A stretch of 63,970 bases of DNA, counting the filler, from Raillietiella orientalis (lineage: Eukaryota): assembly GCA_036172245.1 (NCBI GenBank). It is 9 parts of 9 records of this genome, joined end to end, with 100 filler letters (N's around TTAATTAATTAA, not from the genome) between each part and the next. Parts side by side here need not be neighbours in the genome. Positions count along the whole stretch, not along the records: positions 51,255 to 58,207 come from JAYWIR010000310.1; positions 58,308 to 63,970 come from JAYWIR010000321.1; 7 more parts are not named here. One strand, 5' to 3'. The position numbers were made by a program, and so were the translations under genes. This document shows positions 54,201-63,970 of this stretch, piece by piece. Position 1 is the stretch's first letter. Each line of letters opens with the position of its first letter. A model generated the notes under the pieces. It made no database searches. It saw nothing but the letters and a program-made list of their open reading frames with translations, and was not told the origin of the DNA.

Positions 54201-57200
54201 CTTCCATTTGCAGTGAGTGCGAAATTCACGTCATGGAGAGCAGCAGAGCCTTCCAATATCCTGGTTTCAGAGGATCGTTAAGAAGAGTCCGACTTTTCAT
54301 TAGGGCGTGGCACTTTGCATTCTCTGTTGTTTTCAAAGTAACCAATGTCGGAATTTAAAGAGCAATCTTCTCCTTCGCTCTGATTCATTATTTGGTCCAA
54401 ATTTGCAACTATTGAGGTTTTGTAATCAACTCGAAATCAGAAGATTTCACCAATGCACTTTTGCGCCTCTTCACGAACCTTTAATTTGCAGTGAGTGGCA
54501 AATTGCCTTCATGGAGAGCCGCAAAGCCTCCCAATTTCCTGGTTTCAGAGAATCATTAAGAAGAGTTCGACATTTCATTAGGGCGTGGCACTTTGGATTC
54601 TGTGTTGTTTTCATGGTAACCAGTGTCGGAATTAGAAAGGCAATCTTCTCATTCGCGCTGATTCATTATTTGGTCCAAATTCGCAACTATTGAGGTTTTG
54701 TAATCAACTCGAAATCAGAAGATTTCACCATTGCACTTTTGCGCCTCTTCACGAACCTTTCATTTGCAGTGAGTGGCAAAATTCTTTCATGGAGAGCCAC
54801 AAAGCCTCCCAATTTCTGGTTTCAGAGGATCACTAAGAAGAGTTCGACATTTCTTTAGGGCGTGGCACTTTGCATTCTGTGTTGTTTTCATGGTAACCAG
54901 TGTCGGAATTAGAAAGGCAATCTTCTCATTCGCTCTGAGTCATTATTTGGTCCAAATTTGCAACCATTGAGGTTTTGTAATCAACTTGAAATCAGAAGAT
55001 TTCACCATTGCACTTTTGCGCCTCTTCACGAACCTTTCATTTGCAGTGAGTGGCAAATTCCCTTCATGGAGAGCCGCAAAGCCTCCCAATTTCCTGGTTT
55101 CAGAGGTTCATTAAGAAGAGTTCGACATTTCATTAGGGCGTGGCACTTTGCATTCTGTGTTGTTTTCATGGTAACCATTGTCGGAATTAGAAAGGCAATC
55201 TTCTCATTCGCTCTGATTCATTATTTGGTCCAAATTTGCAACTATTGAGGCTTTGTAATCAACTCGAAATCAGAAGATTTCACTATTGCACCTTTGCGCC
55301 TCTTCACGAACCTTTCATTTGCAGTGAGTGGCAAACTCCCTTCATGGAGAGCCGCAAAGCCTCCCAATTTGCTGGTTTCAGAGGATCATTGAGAAGAGTT
55401 CGACATTTCATTAGGGCGTGGCACTTTGCATTCTGTGTTGTTTTGATGGTATCCAGTGTCGGAATTAGAAAGGCAATCGTCTCATTCGCTCTGATTGATT
55501 ATTTGGTCCAAATTTGCAACTATTGAGGTTTTGTAATCAACTCGAAATCAGAAGATTTCACCATTGCCCTTTTGCGCTTCTTCACGAACCATCCATTTAC
55601 AGTGAGTGGCAAACTCCCTTCATGGTGAGCCGCAGAGCCTCCCAATTTCCTGGTTTCAGAGGATCATTAAGAAGAGTTCGACATTTCATTAGGGCGTGGC
55701 ACTTTTGATTCTGTGTTGTTTTCATAGTAACCAGTGTCGGAATTAGAAAGCCAATCTTCTCATTCGCTCTGATTCATTATTTACTTGTAATTTGCAACTA
55801 TCGAGGTTTTGTAATCAATTCTTAATCAGAAGATTTCACCAATGCACTTTTGCGCCTCTTCACGAACCTTTAATTTGCAGTGAGTGGCAAATTCCCTTCA
55901 TAGAGAGCCGCAAAGCCTCCCAATTTCCTTGTTTCAGAGGTTCATTAAGAAGAGTTCGACATTTCATTAGGGCGTGGCACTTTGCATTCTGTGTTGTTTT
56001 CATGGTAAGCAGTGTCGGAATTAGAAAGGCAATCTTCTCATTCGCTCTGATTCATTATTTGGTCCAAATTTGCAACTATTGAGGCTTTGTAATCAACTCG
56101 AAATCAGAAGATTTCACTATTGCACTTTTGCGCCTCTTCACGAACCTTTCATTTCCAGTGAGTGGCAAACTCCCTTCATGGAGAGCCGCAAAGCCTCCCA
56201 ATTTCCTGGTTTCAGAGGATCATTGAGAAGAGTTCGACATTTCATTAGGGCGTGGCACTTTGCATTCTGTGTTGTTTTGATGGTAACCAGTGTCGGAATT
56301 AGAAAGGCAATCGTCTCATTCGCTCTGATTGATTATTTGGTCCAAATTTGCAACTATTGAGGTTTTGTAATCAACTCGAAATCAGAAGATTTCACCATTG
56401 CCCTTGTGCGCTTCTTCATGAACCATCCATTTACAGTGAGTGGCAAACTCCCTTCATGGAGAGCCGCAGAGCCTCCCAATTTCCTGGTTTCCGAGGATCA
56501 TTGAGAAGAGTTCGACATTTCATTAGGGCGTGGCACTTTGCATTCTGTGTTGTTTTGATGGTAACCAGTGTCGGAATTAGAAAGGCAATCGTCTCATTCG
56601 CTCTGATTGATTATTTGGTCCAAATTTGCAACTATTGAGGTTTTGTAATCAACTCGAAATCAGAAGATTTCACCATTGCCTTTGTGCGCTTCTTCACGAA
56701 CCATCCATTTACAGTGAGTGGCAAACTCCCTTCATGGAGAGCCGCAGAGCCTCCCAATTTCCTGGTTTCCGAGGATCATTAAGAAGAGTTCGACATTTCA
56801 TTAGGACGTGGCACTTTTGATTCTGTGTTGTTTTCATGGTAACCAGTGTCGGAATTAGAAAGGCAATCTTCTCATTCGCTCTGAGTCATTATTTGGTCCA
56901 AATTTGCAACCATTGAGGTTTTGTAATCAACTCGAAATCAGAAGATTTCACCATTGCACTTTTGCGCCTCTTCACGAACCTTTCATTTGCAGTGAGTGGC
57001 AAATTCCCTTCATGGAGAGCCGCAAAGCCTCCCAATTTCCTGGTTTCAGAGGTTCATTAAGAAGAGTTCGACATTTCATTAGGGCGTGGCACTTTGCATT
57101 CTGTGTTGTTTTCATGGTAACCATTGTCGGAATTAGAAAGGCAATCTTCTCATTCGCTCTGATTCATTATTTGGTCCAAATTTGCAACTATTGAGGCTTT

Positions 57201-58207
57201 GTAATCAACTCGAAATCAGAAGATTTCACTATTGCACCTTTGCGCCTCTTCACGAACCTTTCATTTGCAGTGAGTGGCAAACTCCCTTCATGGAGAGCCG
57301 CAAAGCCTCCCAATTTGCTGGTTTCAGAGGATCATTGAGAAGAGTTCGACATTTCATTAGGGCGTGGCACTTTGCATTCTGTGTTGTTTTGATGGTATCC
57401 AGTGTCGGAATTAGAAAGGCAATCGTCTCATTCGCTCTGATTGATTATTTGGTCCAAATTTGCAACTATTGAGGTTTTGTAATCAACTCGAAATCAGAAG
57501 ATTTCACCATTGCCCTTTTGCGCTTCTTCACGAACCATCCATTTACAGTGAGTGGCAAACTCCCTTCATGGTGAGCCGCAGAGCCTCCCAATTTCCTGGT
57601 TTCAGAGGATCATTAAGAAGAGTTCGACATTTCATTAGGGCGTGGCACTTTTGATTCTGTGTTGTTTTCATAGTAACCAGTGTCGGAATTAGAAAGCCAA
57701 TCTTCTCATTCGCTCTGATTCATTATTTACTTGTAATTTGCAACTATCGAGGTTTTGTAATCAATTCTTAATCAGAAGATTTCACCATTGCACTTTTGCG
57801 CCTCTTCACGAACCTTTAATTTGCAGTGAGTGGCAAATTCCCTTCATAGAGAGCCGCAAAGCCTCCCAATTTCCTTGTTTCAGAGGTTCATTAAGAAGAG
57901 TTCGACATTTCATTAGGGCGTGGCACTTTGCATTCTGTGTTGTTTTCATGGTAAGCAGTGTCGGACTTAGAAAGGCAATCTTCTCATTCGCTCTGATTCA
58001 TTATTTGGTCCAAATTTGCAACTATTGAGGCTTTGTAATCAACTCGAAATCAGAAGATTTCACTATTGCACTTTTGCGCCTCTTCACGAACCTTTCATTT
58101 CCAGTGAGTGGCAAACTCCCTTCATGGAGAGCCGCAAAGCCTCCCAATTTCCTGGTTTCAGAGGATCATTGAGAAGAGTTCGACATTTCATTAGGGCGTG
58201 GCACTTT
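51255..58207. repeat. Tandem satellite array, 278-bp monomer (subfamily A2), ~25 copies
   Basis: The unit ttagggcgtggcactttgcattctgtgttgttttcatggtaaccagtgtcggaattagaaaggc recurs every 278 bp and is colinear with the 1-7460 monomer. Higher-order periods are 2779 and 1946 bp. Confidence 0.97.
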
Positions 58208-58307
58208 NNNNNNNNNNNNNNNNNNNNNNNNNNNNNNNNNNNNNNNNNNNNTTAATTAATTAANNNNNNNNNNNNNNNNNNNNNNNNNNNNNNNNNNNNN
58301 NNNNNNN

Positions 58308-60301
58308 GCTCATGGTGGCAGTTGCGACAACGCGTTGCACAGGACGGTCAAGGGAGCCTCGCGCCCCCCTCTGACCAAGAAGATCGGGCAGAGGGTGGGA
58401 TGGACTCAAGGGGAGCCTTTGCCGTCGCGGTCGATTTGCACAAAGCATTCGACTGCGTCGACCAGGATCTCCTTCTGGAGCTCCTGGAATACATGGGTTT
58501 CCCTGCCGTGCTCCAATCTTACCTCCGCTCCTGCTGGCGCAACGCGTCAATCAATATCGGTTTCAGCGGCCGGCACGTGTACGGCGTGCCCGTACGCCGC
58601 GGCATACGGCAGGGTGACAGCCTGAGCCCCTTGCTCTTCAGCATCTGCTTCGAGTTGGTGCTTAGGGCATACAGGGTAACTCTGGCAGCCCTGCCGAGCT
58701 CGTGTGCCGGCACGCCTGCCGTGTCGGCCTATGCAGACGATCTTCTGCTGCTGCTTCCCGGGTCCACCCCGGCGAGTGCACTCGAGGACTTCTTCGAGTT
58801 GCTGCGCCGCGGGACGGGCCTGGAGGTGAACAGGGCGAAGTCGTCCATGGTTTTCGTCGTTTCGGCGTGGGCTGGACGGTCGGACTAGATCCGCTTGGGG
58901 ATCCCCACGGGCAGGTGCTTCAAGTACCTCGGCGTACCGTTGGGGGACTTCTGCGCAGCAGAAGCCTGGTCCGACCGTCTCCAAAAGGCAGCGTTGGCGA
59001 TCGGTCCGTTCCAAGAAGGCAAGTTCTACTTGCAGGAACGGGCCGCGGTGTGGAACGCGTTTGCGGCTCCCCTCCTTCGCCCCCTACTTTTTGTTTGCCC
59101 CGCTCCTTATTTTATTCGGAAACGAGCAGCGGGCCTCCTGAGGACAGTCCTTTGGGGCAAAGGGAGGTCCCATGTGAGGCTCAAAGACTTGTGCGCTCCA
59201 CGTAATTACGGTGGACTTGGCGTACTTACGCTGGAGCGCATGGAACTACAACTTCGATTCAGGACTCTCGCCCTTGCGGCAGAATTGTGGGACACGCCTT
59301 GGTGCGTTCCAGCACGCCTCCTGGCCCAACGAGCCTGCGGAATCGGCGGACTTTTGTCATTTCTGTCTGCGCGCGTCTGCAGAAGACCATACTGTGGCTC
59401 TATGCTGCGACGCATCTTTGTTGCGGTTCGGGAGAACGCCTGTATCTCCTGCCTCCCAGGGAACTACTCCGCCTGGTTGCACGAGTCAGTCTCCACCTGG
59501 GTAAAGATCCACGTTCCGGCGGGCACAAGGAACACTTGTATGAAAAGGCACGCCCGCTGGACGCTGCAGGAGATCGTGCAGTCCCACGACAAGCTTCTGT
59601 GGGCCTTGATAACCCCCCTCGCCCCAGTGCTGCCCTTCCTTGTGAATGCCAGGGACAGTAGCGAGCAGGGGAAATGGACCGTGTCCTGCACTATAGGCGG
59701 CAGGACACAATCGATAAAGGCGTGGACATCTCGGCAGCTAGCTGACGCTGCGACGCCGAGTGTCCCGCCTAACGGAATTCGACGCTGGGGCGAGCTACTC
59801 GGACTATCTCCGGAGGAGATGAAGTGGCCCCCAGCGTCCTGGAACAGTGCACGCCTCCCCCTGAAATGGCAGGATGTGGCGTTTCTTGTGGTACTCTGGG
59901 GATTACCATTTAAAGCACGCCTGCACCACACCACATGGGGGGATGTGGATTCCAATTGTGACCGGTGTGGGGAAAAACAAACATTTTCCCACCTTTTCCT
60001 TGAGTGTAGCGCCCTCCGCCCTTTGTGGGATCGTCTCGCGGCGATCCTGGACTTGCGCGGATGCGGCCCAAAGGACGTTTTCAGGCGCCTCTTCTGTAGT
60101 GACGCCTTGTCCCCGCCCGCTAGTGTAGCAGTCCTCTGCTGCATCAGAGGAATAGTGACGGCCTGGAACGCCACCAGAAGAAGGCGTCAGCCAACCGGCA
60201 ACGCCTTACACTGCACTCGCCTTTTCCCGCGCAGTGTCTGCAAGTGGCGCCACTTGGGTGCTGAAAGGACTCAGCTTGTGCGGATCCTGATTAGGATCTA
60301 G
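58308..60301 (+). pseudogene. ORF2 RT-CCHC segment interrupted by an in-frame TAG at 58886-58888
   Basis: ORFs 58322-58888 and 58895-60301 are in the same frame. The TAG falls where the paralogous minus-strand copy has Trp (QDWVRLGIPT). Confidence 0.85.
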
Positions 60302-60532
60302 AGGACCTCTCCACGCGCACCGTGATCGCTTCCCCGCCCTCCCACCCATACAACATTTGTTCCTCCCCACATTTGAACTTTTTGTTTCTTTTTGTTTTTC
60401 TTTATTTCCCATCCCCGCGCATCGGAAGGACCTCTCCGGCACGGAGCCGGTAACCAGCAAGCTGTTTTGGAGTGGTGAACCTTCGGCTTCGCCACGCGAC
60501 ATTTTTCTGTAATTTTATTACTATGAAATAAA
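58308..60532 (+). mobile_element. L1/Tx1-type non-LTR retrotransposon, 3' half (RT, CCHC, 3'UTR); second family
   Basis: RT motifs DLHKAFDCVD, GIRQGDSLSP, YADD, KYLGV and CDRCGEKQTFSHLFLEC. T-rich 3'UTR ends at AATAAA (60527-60532). Confidence 0.92.
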
Positions 60533-61018
60533 TGCCCCGGCACATCCGGGTGTGAACAACCCGCCGCCGCGCGAACGCCGACGCCGCGACAAAGTCGCGA
60601 GACAAGCGTGAGCAGCGACGACCGGGACTTCAACAAGGCGGCGGAATAGTTGGCAGCCATGCTCCAGCAGCCTCCCAAGGCCCAGAAGAAGGCCTTGAGG
60701 CGTCCGGCTGAGGCGAATGGACCGGAGACTTCCGAGTCCGAAGCCGAAGCCGGCAACGCTCCGGCTGTCGCTCTCCCGAAGCGCAAAGCGGGCCGCAAGG
60801 TAGGCAACTCGCGGCGCTCCGCACCTTCACCGGCGGATTTGGAAATGCGGTCGGACCACGACGACGGGGAGGCGATGTCCGCGAGGTCTCGCGACTCCTC
60901 GCCGGAGACGTCCCTGGCCAAGCAGGATCCTCCAACCACCACAACAACCACCAACGGACCGCCTCCTTGCGAGCAACAGCCCGTCGCAATGGATACACAA
61001 CTCCCGCCTGCTGAATAG
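60533..61018 (+). pseudogene. Probable C-terminal remnant of ORF1 of a 5'-truncated retroelement
   Basis: Low-complexity charged/Pro-rich frame immediately upstream of an APE domain, with an internal TAG at 60647-60649. Its position is equivalent to the ORF1 tail in the 29580-36772 element. Confidence 0.55.
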
Positions 61019-61035
61019 CAGGCGGAGGGCGGTAA

Positions 61036-62040
61036 GCAAGCACAATAAACACACCAACGCGTGGACTCTCCTCCTGCCGGCGACTGCGCGTAATCTGTTG
61101 GAACGTCAACGGGATGCGCGACGACGGCAAGAGGAGAGAAGTGGCCGCCAGCCTGCGGGACTTCGACCTGGCGCTTCTGCAGGAGACGCACGTTCTCCAC
61201 GCAGGGGAGGCTCAGGAAATCGAACGGATCGCAAGCGGGCGGCTCATATACAAGAACGGGAGAGACCGCACCCGCGGTGTGGCTTTCATGCTGAAGCCAG
61301 CCGTCGTTAACGCGCTGCGCGACGTGCACTTCGACGGGGAAGCTCAAATCGGGCAGCTTGTTGCCAAGTGGTCCGACGCGATCGACCTCGTCGTGACCAA
61401 CGTGTACGCGCCCGGCACGACCCACAGGCGCGGGGAACGCACTGCGTTTTTTGAAGGCCTGCGACGAGATTGGCTCGCCCAAGCAGACATGCGAAAGGCG
61501 CACTTCATTTCCGGGGACTTTAACGTCCGCCTGCTGGCAGGTGCGCCCGACATTCTTGCACAGCTGGTCTACGAGATGTGCGCTGCCATGCACTCGCGCA
61601 ACTTGTTGGCCGGTGACGCCGGGACGGACACGAGGATCGACCACATGTTCCTCGACAACCACCTGTGTTCGCGGGTGGGAAATCGAGGGGCAGTGCCATC
61701 CGAACTTTCCGACCATCCCCAGCTCGCGCTAGAAATACACCAGCGCGGTAGAGGTCCACCCTCCAAAGCGTGGCGTTTGCCAGGGGACTGGTTGCGCCTT
61801 GCAGGAGCAGCGCAACATCTTCGCTCGTTCCTGCAAGGCTTCCATCTGCAGTCGCTCGCGGACTGGGACGATTTGGAGAGCTCAGTCCGCGAGTTCTGCG
61901 ACGAGTTTCCCGTGAACCGTCTCCCTCCAGGTTTCGGCGATGCCACCCGGATACGCCGGGACGTTTATCAAAAACATTTCAACGGTCAATACAGAACGTG
62001 GTACAAGGCCCCACTGACGGCCACGGAATGCCGGAACTGA
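61036..62040 (+). pseudogene. ORF2 N-terminal AP-endonuclease domain, truncated before the RT
   Basis: Motifs LRVICWNVNG (upstream of the ATG at 61114), LLQET, NVYAP, SGDFN, TRIDH, LSDH and DWDDL. Similarity to the intact ORF2 ends near 62005. Confidence 0.88.
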
Positions 62041-62044
62041 AGGG

Positions 62045-63970
62045 ACACCGGGACGCAGACCGGTGTGGCTCTCCTCGGCAGTGGAGGGGGATCGGGGAAA
62101 AAACAAAAATAAAATAAAATAGAAGAACAAACCACAAAAAAAAAGTTTGGAGGGCCGGGAAGGGATCACAGAAAACTGCTGGGAGCGCCCATCCTTTGCA
62201 GGATGCCTTCTAGTTCCATTTTCAGCTTTCCTAGATGGGGCCATCGGGTAGCTCTCTGCAGGAAGCGCAAAGCATACTCGATGACGTCCCTCACGATGCA
62301 GTCTTCATCTTCGGCATCACTCCACGCCGCCACGATACCACGAATGCAGCAAAGTGCTGCCAGGGCTGCGGCTGGACTGAGAGCGTCCCGCACGAAGACA
62401 AGACTGAAGATACATTCAACATTGCCGCCATCCGGTATCCGGAGGGCCGTTTTCAGACGATCCCAAAGAATCTGGACGGCAGGGCATTCAACTAAGAGGT
62501 GGGGGAGCGACTCCCGCTCCCCACACCTGGCACACGCAGGATTTACTCTTCCCCGCGTCCAGTGGAAGCGGCGCGCGTTGCAGAGTAGACCCCAATGCAG
62601 CCACAGAAGCGCCGATTCTTGCCACTTCAGGGGGAGAATCCTGGATTCAAGTACAACCGGGGGCCACCTCAGGTTATCCAATCGAATGCCGAGCATCTCG
62701 CCCCATCTTCTTAATCCACGCGGCTGGAGACTAGGGGTCGTTGCATCTGTCAACTCTCCCATGGTCCAGCCGCTCATCATCTTCTCTCTGCCTGCGATAC
62801 TGCAGCAGACTTGCCACCTTGGCTTCTGGCTTCCGTGAAGCGCCCTTTGGAGGAAGGGCATCGCCGTAACAAGGGGTGTGCCTTCCGCCCACGTGCAACT
62901 CGGTGGAAATTCAAGAATTTCACGGAGAGTGCGACGGGCGTATAAGCCGACTCGCAGACAGTTCATCCGGTCTTCGCACCTTTGGTTCTGCTTAGCCCAG
63001 GTGCCAGCAGTCTCTTCCAGCCAAACGGAGGAGTTGGCAGGGCCACAAACCATCCAGTAGTTCTCCTTTGCCAGGGTTGCCATGCGGCCGAGCATTAGAC
63101 CGCATCTTCGAATCTTCCGGCCAGGGCACAGAAGAAACGATGCGAGTCCTTCGCAGCGAGACACACGCCTGGCCAGGAGGCGGGCCGGAATGCACCAAGC
63201 GGTGCTCCACATCTTCGCTGCGATGGCGAGGGTCCGCCATCGCAGCTGGATTTCCACGCGCTCCAGCGTCAGGATGCTGAGACCGCCGTCCCGACGCGGA
63301 GCGCACAAGTCCTTCAAAGGGAATCGGCGCCTCCCCTTGCCCCAAAGAGCTATGCGGAGGAGGTCCTTAGTCCGCTTTTTCGATTCCACGGGGGCGGGCA
63401 AACAAAAAGCAAGGAGCGGAGGATGGGGGCCGCGAAGGCCTTCCAAACCGCGGCCCGTTGCGGCAAGTGAAACTTGCCTTCCAGGAACGGGCCGATCGCC
63501 GTCTCGACTTTTTGGAGGCAGCTGGACCACGCTTCCTCAGGGGAGAAGTCCCCCAACGGCACACCGAGGTACTTGATGCACCTCACCGTAGGGATACCCA
63601 GACGGACCCAGTCCTGCTGCCCTGCCCACGTCGCTGCAACTGGCAACACTGACGACTTCGCCCTGTTAACCTGTAATCCGGCCCCACGGCTAAACAGGTC
63701 GAAGAAACCTCCGACCGCCTTAGCCGGGGTGGACATAGGTAAGAGGAGCAGAAGATCGTCGGCATACGCCGCTACGGCTGGCGTGCCGGGGCACGAGCTC
63801 GGCAAGGGGGCCAAAGTCACCCTGTACGCTTTCAGCACCAACTCAGCGTAGGTGCTAAAAAGCAGGGGGCTGAGGCTGTCGCCCTGCCTTATGCCCCGCC
63901 GTACCGGCACGCCATACACCTTTTGTCCACTGAAAGTAATTGAGATTATCGCGTTCCGCCAGCAAGAGCT
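62045..63970 (-). mobile_element. L1/Tx1-type non-LTR retrotransposon 3' part (RT-CCHC-3'UTR), inverted; frameshift near 63395
   Basis: GIRQGDSLSP, YADD and KYLGV lie in ORF 63350-63919, which continues in ORF 62166-63530 (CARCGERESLPHLLVEC). The 3'UTR tgtgatcccttcccggccctcc is homologous to cgtgatcgcttccccgccctcc at 60321. Confidence 0.92.

Noticed and set aside
58886..58888. In-frame TAG codons (also 60647) suggesting an alternative genetic code or readthrough
   Set aside because: The TAG replaces a Trp (TGG) present in the paralogue, and TAG serves as the normal ORF1 stop at 35264. Simple decay is more likely.
60455..60500. TGTTTTGGAG plus hairpin as a possible Sm-site RNA
   Set aside because: It does not fit the RAU4-6GR Sm consensus and has no other snRNA hallmarks; treated as 3'UTR structure.
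63385..63400. Frameshift in the minus-strand RT as programmed frameshifting
   Set aside because: It is a single-base loss in a C-run relative to the paralogue (CPAP), so a mutation or sequencing error.

Overview
This is not one contiguous locus. It is nine eukaryotic contigs of about 7 kb, ordered by decreasing length and joined by 100-bp artificial linkers (N44-TTAATTAATTAA-N44). Six contigs are pure satellite DNA. Five of them belong to one diverged 277-278-bp satellite superfamily with higher-order repeats; the sixth is an unrelated-looking 180-bp satellite with no indels. One contig (44110-51154) is AT-rich unique sequence with no recognisable gene. Two contigs hold L1/Tx1-type non-LTR retrotransposons (zinc-knuckle ORF1; ORF2 with AP endonuclease, RT and CCHC). 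The main finding is in contig 29580-36772: elements with an intact ORF2 lie head-to-tail (5732-bp period), and the junction holds a nearly complete, structurally conserved metazoan-type U4 snRNA lacking only its first ~9-10 nt. This suggests a U4-targeting or U4-headed retrotransposon. Most short ORFs in the supplied track are artefacts of satellite periodicity or antisense GC-rich sequence.
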